Assembly (NCBI GenBank): GCA_033764315.1
Contig: JANRJA010000211.1
Coordinates: 1-44,451 of the forward strand
Length of the DNA stretch: 44,451 nucleotides
Direction: 5' to 3'
Source: Oculatellaceae cyanobacterium bins.114
GTDB lineage: Bacteria; Cyanobacteriota; Cyanobacteriia; Elainellales; Elainellaceae
The stretch's first letter is position 1. Each line of letters opens with the position of its first letter. This document shows, piece after piece, positions 1 to 9,588 of this stretch. A program made the translations under genes and the position numbers. The notes under the pieces are model-generated. The model did not search any database, was not told the DNA's origin, and worked only from the letters and a program-made list of their open reading frames with translations.

Positions 1-101
1 GGCTTTATCCAACTGCAGGTCTCAACTAACTCTTTAAGGAACAAAAAAACTTTGTTTAGGGGTCAGAAATTATTAGTCCACCATCTGTTAACAAACGGTC
101 T

Positions 102-194
102 TATAGCAATCCTAAATGGGTTGTGAGAGTCGCACCCCGGAGGGGTGCGACTCTCACAACCTCCTAATTTCACAAATGATTTAGGACTGCTATA
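102..194. mobile_element. Miniature inverted-repeat element (MITE-like) with an internal perfect 20-bp hairpin
   Basis: Left end TATAGCAATCCTAAAT (102-117) is the reverse complement of right end ATTTAGGACTGCTATA (179-194) with 1 mismatch. Both ends are TA-bounded. Internal stem GGTTGTGAGAGTCGCACCCC (119-138), loop GGA, GGGGTGCGACTCTCACAACC (142-161). Confidence 0.75.
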
Positions 195-571
195 TAACGA
201 GCTAATGATGAAGCTGTGTTGTTAAAAGCTAAGGTTTGGTGCGTCATAGGCTTGGTCAAAGGTTAGATTAAGGTACAACTGTTTTTGTGACTGTTTAACT
301 AAGGTAGATTGCTGAAATGATCCTTTTTTAAGATCCTTCTGGTTTAAGACTCTAGAGTTTTATAGGGTCTATTGGAATAGAGGTCGATTGGAATAAAGAT
401 TGTTAAGGGTGCGATCGCCAGCTCCTAAAGCCCTTGAGCAAAGGTACGTTAGAGTCAGGCTGACGATAAAAACATAGATTGGGAATTGAGTGGGATGACC
501 CCAATTGAAACCTTCAATCAAGGTATCAAGAACAGGAGCGGCAACCAGGGGTAAAGCGGGAGCTAGACAAC

Positions 572-3373
572 ATGGGTTCGCAGAAAGAGCCATCGGCTTA
601 TGAAAGACAACTGGTTGCCTTAGGACGGACTCTCCAAAGTTTGCGAGAGCTGGAGAGCATTGATGCCTTAATTGAGACAACATTAAATTATTTGCAGACA
701 GAGTTTGACTATGCTTTGGTGTGGGTCGGTCTGTATGATCAAACCGACCATCGACTGACTGGCAAAGGTGGCATTACCCCTGCGGGTGATGCCTCTGTCT
801 TAAAGCAACGGTTTGCCTTAAATCCAGGCGATTTGTTAGAGCAGGTGGTGATTCAACAGCGACCTTTGGGTGTGCCTGATCTACGAGAAGAAGCCAGGGC
901 TGGAGATTGGCGACGAGCGGCTCAAAAATTTAACATTCAAGGGACAGTCATTTTCCCGATTCGGCACAAAGATCGATGCTATGGCGTGACATTGCTAGGG
1001 TCAGTGTTGTGGGGAATATCACCTCACTCTGAGGAAAAAGCACGACTGTCAATGGTTTTGGGCGGCTTAGGAGCAGCCCTTTATCAAATTGATATGGATG
1101 TGCAACGTCAGCAGACAAAACGCCCTGCTGAACCGCTGTTAGTATTGCTGACAAAATTGCGAACTCTGCCGACTTTAAAGCAACGATTGGAGGCCATTGT
1201 CGATGAAACCCATCGCTTTATTAACGCCGATCGCACTCACATTTATTGGTTTGAGCCTCAACGCCGCTATTTTTGGCAACGGGTGAGCACAACCCCGACT
1301 CGCAACGACGCCAACTCACAAACGACAGGTATAACAGCCCAAGAAGTCAATAGTTTTTATCAAGCCCTAGCCGCTGACCAGTTGGTTGCCATTGGCGAGG
1401 CCAATAGCTCCCTCAAAGCTGAGATCACGGGACGACTGATGCAACACTTAGGGGCGCGATCGCTCTTAGCAGCTCCTATTTTATTTCAGCAAGAGTTATT
1501 AGGGTTCATTGCTGTTGAAGGGGATGAAGCTCGGATTTGGTCAGAGGAAGAGAAAAATTATGTCCGGGGAACCGCTCACTTGGTTGCTCTCACTGCCCCT
1601 CTAGAGCAAATGGAGGAAACCATTTCTCAGGTGAAGCTTGACCAAGCGTTAACCTCAGAAGTGTCTCATGCCATCTTTAGCGATGAAGATTGGCATAAAA
1701 CCCTCAAAAAAGCCGCTGAACGAGTTTGTCAGCGTCTCAGTGCTGAACGTTTTTTGATCGTGCTATATGACCACGATCAGGAAAAGTTTGAGGTTTGTTA
1801 TCAAAATCACCCTAGCCATCGTCGCCCATTGCCTCTGCAAATTGAGGGTTTAAATAGTGTCGATTGGCAAATGCTAGAGCGGAGTACTGAAGCAGTTGGG
1901 GTTGAAAATTTAGAAGAAGACCTAAAACTGATGGCGTGGCGCGAGATATTTCTTGATGCTGGAGTGCGATCGCTCTTAGTGTGCAGTACTGCGATCGGAC
2001 AAGCGTTAGAGGGGGTGGTGGTGATTGGGCACGAAAACAGCCGCACCTGGAGTCGAGCTGAGCGAGAGTTGATTCGAGTGGTGAGCCAGCAAATTGGTCT
2101 GATTTTGCATCAATGGCAGCTTCAACGTCAAACCGAGCAGCAGCAAAAAGTCAACCAAACCATTCAGTGGGGGTTGACCACGATGCAACAGACCCACGAG
2201 TTAGAGAGCTTAGAACGAGCCGCCATGCAACATATTGCGCAGGTGCTTCAGGTGCCCCTGGCAACCCTTGTGACCTGGCAACCAGGACGAAAAGCCGCTA
2301 AAATCACTGCTCCTGTGGTCTCAAGCAATAAGTTCTCGGTCACTACTGATTTTGTCATTCCGGTTTACACGGATATGCTGATTCAGTGGGCGTTGCAGAC
2401 CGAAAATCTCTTGCCTATCAGTGTCGATGAACTCACTCCTGAAACTCGCCAGTGGTTGAGTGGCTCTGATGTTGGACAAATTTTAGTGATGGCTCTGCGG
2501 ACTGCCCCCGACCATGAATCGACGGGAGTTGTAATTGTTGCTGACCGCCTCGATCGCTATTGGCCTGAACGACAACTCAATGCATTGGGAACGCTCGTCA
2601 GCCAGTTGGCCTGGTCAAGACGATATCTGGTGTTGACTGAAACCCTCACGCATCAGCGAGAGAATTTAGAGCGACTGAACTGGTATAAGCAACGCCGCAT
2701 TGAGGATATTTATCGAACACTAGGGTTGGGGGTGCGACGGCTAAACGAGCTAAGCCACCAAAAAGATGCGCTGGCAAGCATGCGATATCACCAGATTATT
2801 CGCCAGCTTGGCAACACCCTATCGGCGATCGCCCCGGTATTGCGTCAAGAAAACTGGCAACTGCATCTAGAATATGAAACCATTCCCCTTGTCAGCATGC
2901 TCAAACGTGCGCTGGAACGAGTGGAAACATTGATCAAGCAACGACAGCTCTGGTCCCAGGTGCACAACGATACCAATCTCAGTATTGGAGGCGATGTTCC
3001 TAAGATTGAGTTTGTGTTGTATGAGTTACTGACGTCGGCTTGTTTGCGATCGCCTCCAGGGGGACGCTTAGATGTGTGGTGTCGTCCAATGGATGCCCGT
3101 TGGTTAGAGATCTCTCTGACCGATAATGGTGTTATTGAACCCCGACTGATCGAAGAACTGCACACAGGACGCTCGAATGATTTGTTAGCCCCCTCAACCC
3201 TTGACACCCCTCCAGGGTTGCATCTATCCATCTGCCAGAGCTTAATGCAGCAGTTGGGCGGAGAATTTAATCTATATCGTCTCGAAGATGGACGTATTCT
3301 CAGTCGGCTAATCTTGCCAATTGCCACAAATACACCGTCGGGTGCGGCAACACGAACTCGAATTCAAGAATGA
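572..3373 (+). CDS. Multi-GAF (about 4 GAF) sensor protein with a degenerate C-terminal histidine-kinase-like ATPase domain
   Basis: 933-aa ORF with repeated GAF-like segments (ADRTHIYWF...ARSLLAAPIL...GFIAV...RIWSEEE; VRSLLVCST...RTWSRAERELIRVVSQQIG). C-terminal LTDNG and GLHLSICQSLMQQLGG boxes. Confidence 0.85.
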   Translation: MGSQKEPSAYERQLVALGRTLQSLRELESIDALIETTLNYLQTEFDYALVWVGLYDQTDHRLTGKGGITPAGDASVLKQRFALNPGDLLEQVVIQQRPLGVPDLREEARAGDWRRAAQKFNIQGTVIFPIRHKDRCYGVTLLGSVLWGISPHSEEKARLSMVLGGLGAALYQIDMDVQRQQTKRPAEPLLVLLTKLRTLPTLKQRLEAIVDETHRFINADRTHIYWFEPQRRYFWQRVSTTPTRNDANSQTTGITAQEVNSFYQALAADQLVAIGEANSSLKAEITGRLMQHLGARSLLAAPILFQQELLGFIAVEGDEARIWSEEEKNYVRGTAHLVALTAPLEQMEETISQVKLDQALTSEVSHAIFSDEDWHKTLKKAAERVCQRLSAERFLIVLYDHDQEKFEVCYQNHPSHRRPLPLQIEGLNSVDWQMLERSTEAVGVENLEEDLKLMAWREIFLDAGVRSLLVCSTAIGQALEGVVVIGHENSRTWSRAERELIRVVSQQIGLILHQWQLQRQTEQQQKVNQTIQWGLTTMQQTHELESLERAAMQHIAQVLQVPLATLVTWQPGRKAAKITAPVVSSNKFSVTTDFVIPVYTDMLIQWALQTENLLPISVDELTPETRQWLSGSDVGQILVMALRTAPDHESTGVVIVADRLDRYWPERQLNALGTLVSQLAWSRRYLVLTETLTHQRENLERLNWYKQRRIEDIYRTLGLGVRRLNELSHQKDALASMRYHQIIRQLGNTLSAIAPVLRQENWQLHLEYETIPLVSMLKRALERVETLIKQRQLWSQVHNDTNLSIGGDVPKIEFVLYELLTSACLRSPPGGRLDVWCRPMDARWLEISLTDNGVIEPRLIEELHTGRSNDLLAPSTLDTPPGLHLSICQSLMQQLGGEFNLYRLEDGRILSRLILPIATNTPSGAATRTRIQE

Positions 3374-3515
3374 AGCCCTGACAATCTGCGAAATCAAGCC
3401 TCTAATTTATAAAAATAAGCGGTATTGGGCCACTTCTTCCCGTAAGAGAGTATGCGGAGAGGTTTTAATGGGTGGGAGGGGCGATCGCCAATTTTTTTGA
3501 TGAAATGGACGTATT

Positions 3516-3531
3516 TGTATTAAAACTTACA
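3516..3531. promoter_or_regulatory. NtcA-type palindrome TGTA-N8-TACA
   Basis: TGTA TTAAAACT TACA with an AT-rich spacer, ending 17 bp before the ATG at 3549. Confidence 0.45.
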
Positions 3532-3548
3532 TACACGAGGAACTTTTT

Positions 3549-4811
3549 ATGCAGCGTCTCAAGCATTGGCAGTTGAACACTGCCCTGATATTTGCGTTGA
3601 GTTTGGGTGCTAGCATGGTTGCGTCTTTAGTGGTTCAAGCCTCTGCTCAGGCACAAACCACAACCCGTTTTTTAGATGTGCCTACTAATTACTGGGCAAG
3701 AGAATTTATTGAAGAGTTAACCCGCCGAGGTGTCGTAAACGGATTTCCGGATGGCTCCTTTCGCCCCGATTCCCCCGTGACGCGATCGCAATTTGCAGCA
3801 ATGGTGCAAAAAGCATTTGACCAGGCTGTTGTCCGTAACCCGGTTGCTTTTACAGATATCACCGATCAATATTGGGCATCTGAGGCCATTCGAGAGGCTT
3901 ATACCACCGGGTTTATGACGGGCTATCCCAATGGAGCCTTTAACCCTAATCAAAACATCTTAAGGGCACAAGTGCTGGTCTCTCTCGCTAACGGGTTGTC
4001 CTACTCTACCCGTAATTCGCTGGATGAGGCTCTCCGGGTTTATAACGATGCCAATGAGATTCCTGACTATGCCCGTCCTAATGTGGCAGCCGCCACTGAA
4101 AAACAGTTGGTGGTCAACTATCCCACGTTAGAGCAGCTCAACCCCAATCGCACTGCCACTCGTGCTGAAGTTGCAGCCTTTATCTATCAAGCTTTGGTGA
4201 GTGCAGGCAATGCTAACCGCCTATCGTCTCCCTATATCGTGGGGCAAACGCCAGCAGGTCAATCTCCTAGCCCACAGCCCCAGGGAACGGTTCGCATCCC
4301 CAGTGGAACTACCCTGCCCACTCGCTATGATGACGCTGAAAAGATTTATGTCTCGCCTCAAGAGCTAGAACCAGTGCCTGTAACTTTGTTGATCGATCGC
4401 GACATTATTGCTCAAAATGGGCGGCTGCTGATTCCCATTAACAGCCAAGTGATTGGCGACTTGCAATCGGTGCGAGGCGGGTCTCAGTTTCGAGCTAGAG
4501 AACTGGTGCTGACTACAGGCGCACGCATTCCTATGGATGCTTCATCCTCGTTGATTACGACCACAGAAGTGGTGCGCCGCAATGCTGATGTTGAGGAAAT
4601 TTTAACGGGAGTAGCACTGGGAGCAGGAGCCGCTGCCGGAATTTCTGCTGTCACTGGCGATCGCTCGATTGATGCTGGAGAGGTATTAGGGGGAGCAGCT
4701 TTTGGCGGGTTGATTGGCTATTTTAGAGGGCGCGATCGCGTCACCCTCATTACCATCACTCCCAATGATGATCTGGACGTCACCTTAAATACTCCTTTGC
4801 TCTTGCCCTAA
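3549..4811 (+). CDS. S-layer homology (SLH) domain protein, exported
   Basis: Signal peptide ending ASAQA. Three SLH repeats (FLDVPTNYWA...GFPDGSFRPDSPVTRSQFA; GYPNGAFNPNQNILRAQ; LNPNRTATRAEVAA). Gly-zipper-like C-terminus. GAGG RBS upstream. Confidence 0.9.
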   Translation: MQRLKHWQLNTALIFALSLGASMVASLVVQASAQAQTTTRFLDVPTNYWAREFIEELTRRGVVNGFPDGSFRPDSPVTRSQFAAMVQKAFDQAVVRNPVAFTDITDQYWASEAIREAYTTGFMTGYPNGAFNPNQNILRAQVLVSLANGLSYSTRNSLDEALRVYNDANEIPDYARPNVAAATEKQLVVNYPTLEQLNPNRTATRAEVAAFIYQALVSAGNANRLSSPYIVGQTPAGQSPSPQPQGTVRIPSGTTLPTRYDDAEKIYVSPQELEPVPVTLLIDRDIIAQNGRLLIPINSQVIGDLQSVRGGSQFRARELVLTTGARIPMDASSSLITTTEVVRRNADVEEILTGVALGAGAAAGISAVTGDRSIDAGEVLGGAAFGGLIGYFRGRDRVTLITITPNDDLDVTLNTPLLLP

Positions 4812-4836
4812 TCTAAATCGGTTCATCAATTGACTT

Positions 4837-4999
4837 AACGTGAATTCGGGATAAGGATTTTAGCGGTTGAAACCGCAACTACAGGAGCAAAACGACCTGC
4901 GTCGGTTCCTCAACCCTTGATTTTCTGTAGTTCGCGAAGGCGAACTTCGCTCTGATAGCCGCGAATTTATTCGCCAGGCTTTTAAACCGAACTGACGTT
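4837..4999. mobile_element. MITE-like element (AACGTGA.TTCG...CGAACTGACGTT family), copy 1, with GACTT target duplication and REP-like hairpins
   Basis: Imperfect terminal inverted repeats AACGTGAATTCGG / CCGAACTGACGTT. GACTT at both 4832-4836 and 5000-5004. Internal hairpins GCGGTTGAAACCGC, GTTCGCGAAGGCGAAC and GCGAATTTATTCGC. Related copy at 21119-21245. Confidence 0.75.
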
Positions 5000-5018
5000 G
5001 ACTTAGGGAGTTTGGGTC

Positions 5019-5040
5019 GGGACATAGAACGCTATGTCCC
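5019..5040. repeat. REP-like hairpin between convergent genes (possible terminator or mRNA stabiliser)
   Basis: GGGACATAG-AACG-CTATGTCCC, perfect 9-bp stem. Confidence 0.5.
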
Positions 5041-5125
5041 CCTTTAGAGATTTTGGCGTTACAGGTTATTGGATTGGCATTCCTCATATCCAGGTCCAAG
5101 GATTGATAGCCCCCAACAACGAGGT

Positions 5126-5617
5126 TTAGTTGAGAAACGCACACTCCAGGGTTTCTCGTGTATCTCGTCCAGTTACTGGATTAGTGCCTTGGGCGATCGC
5201 ACACAATTGCTCTTGCACATCTTCCCGCAGCAACACATCTGTAAAATCTGCTCCGTTAATAGTTGCGCCATCAAATTTGGCGTTAAAGGCAAAGGCTCCT
5301 TCTAACACTGCATTAGTCAAGTCGGTTTCAACAAAACGTGCAGAATCAAGAGTGGCATAGCTCAACGTTGCCCCTGATAGATTTGCCCCTTCAAGGTTGG
5401 CACCAAAAAAGCTGACCCCTCGCAAATCTGAATGGCTAAAGTTGCTATAGCGGAGATTAGCTTTTGTAAAGCTGTCATCTGTGAGCGATCGCCCCGAAAA
5501 GTCAGCTCCCACTAAAAATTGCTTGTTGTAATCAGTGGCTCTTGCATCGGCGGGAACTCCTAAAATAATTGAGCCTCCAATGCCCAAACAGACGACCCAC
5601 AGCCAAATTTGACGCAT
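5126..5617 (-). CDS. Pentapeptide repeat protein with signal peptide (lumenal/periplasmic type)
   Basis: A(D/N)LXX repeats, hydrophobic N-terminus ending ARA, conserved C-terminal LC...[16 protein letters not shown]. Start set at the ATG at 5617 (the ORF track extends to 5689). Confidence 0.85.
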   Translation of the reverse strand: MRQIWLWVVCLGIGGSIILGVPADARATDYNKQFLVGADFSGRSLTDDSFTKANLRYSNFSHSDLRGVSFFGANLEGANLSGATLSYATLDSARFVETDLTNAVLEGAFAFNAKFDGATINGADFTDVLLREDVQEQLCAIAQGTNPVTGRDTRETLECAFLN

Positions 5618-5896
5618 CAGCGATCGGACAACCCACCTGATTTTGTTTGTCCTATGAAACCACCAGGATTGAAAACTCATGCAAAACACAAAATAAGATT
5701 CGAGATAATGGCTCTATAGCCTTTGTGCAATAACACAGACCACTCTTTAGACTAACGCAACTCCATCTCCCGATGATGAATCACTTTAGTGAACTTGATA
5801 TAGCGGTTCTAGATCCCTCATACAGAGGCTGGGTTGTGAGATGAGTGCGGTGTAATCTACAGCATTACCAAACGGTTTAAGTTAGCAGGAGTCACA

Positions 5897-6370
5897 ATGA
5901 CATCAAATTTAACCGTGGGTGCCTTGGCAGAAGACTTGGTCGCTAGCTGGTTAGAAACTCAAAATTACACAGTGATTGAGAAACGCTGGCACTGTCGTTG
6001 GGGCGAGCTAGATCTCATTGCCCAATCTCATCCGTTATCTCAACTAGATTTGCCTACGCTGGCGTTTGTTGAGGTCAAAGCTCGCCGCCATCACAATTGG
6101 GATAGCGATGGGCTACTTGCTATCACCCCTCAAAAGCAAGCTAAACTCTGGCAGACGGCCCAACTCTTTTTGGCAGAGCACTCTGATTGGGCAGACTATC
6201 CCTGCCGTTTTGACGTTGCCTTAGTGAATTATCGATCGCTCCCTGTGCGACAACAGCCTCTCTCTGATCTCAAAGAGTTGCCAACACCTGCGATTCAACT
6301 CGGTGAATGTGTGCCCTTAGCAGGGTATCAATTTTGCTTACACCAATATATTCAAGCTGCTTTTGAATAA
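5897..6370 (+). CDS. yraN: YraN family (UPF0102) endonuclease-like protein
   Basis: G.LAED...WL; RWHCRWGELDLIA; FVEVKAR; CRFDVALV. AGGAG RBS upstream. Confidence 0.9.
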   Translation: MTSNLTVGALAEDLVASWLETQNYTVIEKRWHCRWGELDLIAQSHPLSQLDLPTLAFVEVKARRHHNWDSDGLLAITPQKQAKLWQTAQLFLAEHSDWADYPCRFDVALVNYRSLPVRQQPLSDLKELPTPAIQLGECVPLAGYQFCLHQYIQAAFE

Positions 6371-6428
6371 GTTGAGGAGTTGAGATTCAGTGCAATTACT
6401 GAGCAATTCAATTGATAAAATAACCAAT

Positions 6429-6454
6429 AAAAAGGGACGTAGATTCTACGTCCC
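6429..6454 (-). terminator. Intrinsic terminator for the minus-strand gene 6532-6921
   Basis: On the minus strand: GGGACGTAG-AAT-CTACGTCCC followed by TTTTT. Confidence 0.75.
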
Positions 6455-6531
6455 CAATCTCATCAACCCAGACTTGTAATCATGAACCCTAATACTCAGG
6501 CATTAGTCATATGAAGATGCGGCACTAATGC

Positions 6532-6921
6532 TTAAGCGAGAGTTTCAGGACAATAACCTAAACCTTGAACAAACTGCTTACGAAACTCTTCAATCTCACT
6601 CCGATCTGGGTTTCCGTGAGAAACCACAGCAACTTGGTAGCGGCGCATCACATCGACTGGAGATTGCCCAGTTTCTAAGCCCCAAAGTGCCATCCGAACA
6701 CGGATTTCGGGTTCGTAGGCAATACCTAACTCATTCAAAAATGCGCGGAAATCACCATCTTGCTGCTCGTTCAATGCATAATTGAGCTTGACTTTAACGA
6801 CCCAGCCATCAATTTGGTGAATCACAGTCATGAATCGCAGTGGCAGCCAGGGAGTCGCGTGGAGGTGTTCAACAACCCGCAGGGTAAGACTGGCATTCGC
6901 GAGGTAATAGAGATATTCCAT
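6532..6921 (-). CDS. Hypothetical protein of a conserved-looking cyanobacterial type (MEYLYYLANASLTLRVV...)
   Basis: Clean ORF with its own terminator. First ATG at 6921 (the ORF track starts at a TTG at 6951). Confidence 0.75.
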   Translation of the reverse strand: MEYLYYLANASLTLRVVEHLHATPWLPLRFMTVIHQIDGWVVKVKLNYALNEQQDGDFRAFLNELGIAYEPEIRVRMALWGLETGQSPVDVMRRYQVAVVSHGNPDRSEIEEFRKQFVQGLGYCPETLA

Positions 6922-7082
6922 CGATTTGAGGCGCGGGTAGGGCGCGGGCAAACGCTACATTTCTATTCTGACGAGAAACTACGGAGCCTGATAGGGGAAT
7001 AATCCCCGACCTGTTATAGGGAACTTCACCCATCTTTCACCCAATCGGGTAATTGTGAACTGTAAAGACTAGCCAAGTGTGT

Positions 7083-8270
7083 ATGACAGAAACCCATCTA
7101 AATCAAGATATTTCCAAGGTGTGGGAGCACCAGACCGATGCAGCAGAGGCGATCGCCATTCATGCGGAAGACCTACAACTCCATGCGTATGATTACGAGT
7201 TACCTCCCGAACAAATTGCCCAAAATCCTGCGGTTCCCCGTGATACCTCTCGCTTGCTTGTCGTCAAATCACTAACTGAGCATCAACATCACATCTTCCG
7301 TGACTTGCCTGATCTGTTACAACCTGGAGATTTATTGGTTCTTAACAATACTCAGGTGATTCCTGCGCGTCTGTTTGGTCGCACAGGTACGGGTGCACGA
7401 GTTGAAGTGTTGCTCTTGGAAGAGCAGACTCCGCACCAGTGGTTAGCTCTGGTGAAACCCGGTAAGCGTCTAAAAGTTGGGACACAGATTTATTTTGGGG
7501 TTGAGTCTGCTCAACGGGATGGGAATACGACTGAACCTTGGCTAGAGGCAACGGTAATTGCTCGCGATGAGGCAACCGGAGGGCGAATTCTGGCGTTCAC
7601 AGTGCCTTCAGGGAGGTCGCTGTTAGCGGTTGTGCAGCAGTTAGGTGAAGTACCCCTACCACCCTATATCAGTCAATCACAGGCCACTGCTGAGCAATAT
7701 CAAACTGTCTATGCTGAACATGCTGGTTCAGTGGCGGCTCCTACCGCAGGGTTACACTTTACGCCAGAGCTATTGACACGGTTACAAGAACGAGGCATTC
7801 AACAGGCGTTTATTACCCTGCATGTGGGGATTGGCACCTTTCGTCCTGTTGAGGTAGAAGACATTACAACTCACCAGATGCATGGGGAATGGCTAGAGAT
7901 TCCAGCCGATGTAGTGGCTCAGATTAATCAAACTAAAGCCAATGGAGGGCGGGTGATTGCAGTTGGCACAACCGCAACCCGGGCGTTAGAAGGTGGCGCA
8001 CAGGCAGAAACGTTGCAACCCTATTGCGGCAAAACTGAACTATTCATTTATCCGGGCTATCGCTGGCGAGTTGTGGATGGGCTAATCACTAATTTTCATT
8101 TGCCCAAATCCAGTTTGATGATGCTGGTCAGTGCATTGATCGGGCGATCGCGCCTATTAGCGTTATATCAAGAAGCGATCGTTCAACACTATCGATTTTA
8201 TTCTTTTGGAGATGCCATGCTGATTTTGCCAGACGCTAGGGTGTCAGAAAGAATGCAAGCATCCAGATGA
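7083..8270 (+). CDS. queA: S-adenosylmethionine:tRNA ribosyltransferase-isomerase
   Basis: [82 protein letters not shown]. Confidence 0.97.
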   Translation: MTETHLNQDISKVWEHQTDAAEAIAIHAEDLQLHAYDYELPPEQIAQNPAVPRDTSRLLVVKSLTEHQHHIFRDLPDLLQPGDLLVLNNTQVIPARLFGRTGTGARVEVLLLEEQTPHQWLALVKPGKRLKVGTQIYFGVESAQRDGNTTEPWLEATVIARDEATGGRILAFTVPSGRSLLAVVQQLGEVPLPPYISQSQATAEQYQTVYAEHAGSVAAPTAGLHFTPELLTRLQERGIQQAFITLHVGIGTFRPVEVEDITTHQMHGEWLEIPADVVAQINQTKANGGRVIAVGTTATRALEGGAQAETLQPYCGKTELFIYPGYRWRVVDGLITNFHLPKSSLMMLVSALIGRSRLLALYQEAIVQHYRFYSFGDAMLILPDARVSERMQASR

Positions 8271-8409
8271 AATGTTAAGAGTAGATAGAAACCTCACTCC
8301 CTATTCCCAAAGAATTATCTCTCCAATAAGGACTATACGGAATCAAGTTGGTTAAGACTGTAGAGTGCAGCGTAGAGACAATACCTTGTCTTTTTTAGGA
8401 GAATAAACT

Positions 8410-9534
8410 ATGCCTGTTTTGCGTCCACCTGCTAAAGCGTTGATTAACAATGCTCGATTTACAGCAGCCGATTTGGTGGCACTGAGACAGGCAATTCGAT
8501 CACGCACAGCAACGGTTGATGATGCAAAGGCGATCGCCACTCAGTATGCCGATACGCTAGAGGCTGGAGTGGGCAACCAATTACGACAGCTCTTACAGAG
8601 TTTAGGTAGTTTAACGGTGGTGACAGAGCCAATTGCAAATCTTGCCCATGAGCCGGGGTTGTTGACAGGGCAAGTGATACTCCCTGACAGTGGGCAACGC
8701 CATGCGTCGGTGCGGACGGTACAACGGGCGTTGATTGCAATTGCTAATAGGACTCAACAAATTGCCTACATGCTGCCTCAGGGCGGAGCAGATGGGGTCT
8801 ATGGTAATGAGACGACCTTGGCGGTTAGAGCTTTTCAACAACGCAACGGGCTGGCTGTGACAGGCAAGATCAACTCGATAACGGCAAAAGCCATTGATCA
8901 AGCACTCCGTAATACCCATGTTCCCGGCATTATGACGGCTTCTCCGGCTGACTTGGTACAGGCAGCTAAGGATCTATGTACGGGGTCGGCGGCACTCAAC
9001 TATGGTGTGCCTCAACCGTGGATTAACTTAGACCCAAATCATAACGTTCCGGTCGATCGCCCGTTTATGTTGCTAGTCAATCGTTGGAAGTGTAACCTGT
9101 TTGGCGGCAATGTGTTGCGTAAGGGAGGCTATGAACCACCCTATTACGGAAATCAGGGCAAGGGCGAATATCCCAATGCCAACCAGTGGTTTAAGTGGAG
9201 CGACAAACATGCCCCTCGATTTGGTAATCGGGTTCACTTTCAACTGATCGCAGAAATTGCTCCCGCCCAGATGGAATGGGAAGCCAGCAAACAGGCGATC
9301 GCCACTCTGTTAGTGAAGGTGAAACCCGGAGACTTTTTGCTGCAAGATCATCCTGGCACTCAAATCGCAGATGGCGGACATACACGAGTGGCGATCGCCA
9401 CCCAATTCACCACCAACGGCACGGTTGCTTTTGCTCAAGCCCAGTTTGATCAGGCAGGGATTCAACAAGAGGGAGTGGATGACCTAGTAGGGTCTGAAAA
9501 TCTCTGGCTCCTACGCCCTAATCTCCGGATGTGA
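8410..9534 (+). CDS. Peptidoglycan-binding domain protein with a putative C-terminal Cys/His (CHAP/NlpC-P60-like) amidase domain
   Basis: PG_binding_1-like VRTVQRAL...GADGVYGNETTLAVRAFQQRNGLAVTGKI. C-terminal KCNLF...YPNANQW...PGD...GGHTRV. AGGAG RBS upstream. Confidence 0.75.
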   Translation: MPVLRPPAKALINNARFTAADLVALRQAIRSRTATVDDAKAIATQYADTLEAGVGNQLRQLLQSLGSLTVVTEPIANLAHEPGLLTGQVILPDSGQRHASVRTVQRALIAIANRTQQIAYMLPQGGADGVYGNETTLAVRAFQQRNGLAVTGKINSITAKAIDQALRNTHVPGIMTASPADLVQAAKDLCTGSAALNYGVPQPWINLDPNHNVPVDRPFMLLVNRWKCNLFGGNVLRKGGYEPPYYGNQGKGEYPNANQWFKWSDKHAPRFGNRVHFQLIAEIAPAQMEWEASKQAIATLLVKVKPGDFLLQDHPGTQIADGGHTRVAIATQFTTNGTVAFAQAQFDQAGIQQEGVDDLVGSENLWLLRPNLRM

Positions 9535-9542
9535 AATCAGTC

Positions 9543-9561
9543 GTATATACTGTGTATATAC
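9543..9561. promoter_or_regulatory. Putative mazEF operator overlapping the -10 region
   Basis: GTATATAC-TGT-GTATATAC: two copies of an 8-bp palindrome containing a TATACT -10-like hexamer, ending 27 bp before the mazE ATG. Confidence 0.7.
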
Positions 9562-9588
9562 TTGCTCGACGGAAGGGAGATTTGGGCT

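Noticed and set aside
369..683. 104-aa minus-strand ORF
   Set aside because: Overlaps the start of the GAF gene in antisense and has no recognisable features.
4860..5144. 94-aa minus-strand ORF
   Set aside because: Reads through the MITE and hairpins, has a non-ATG start and no recognisable motif.
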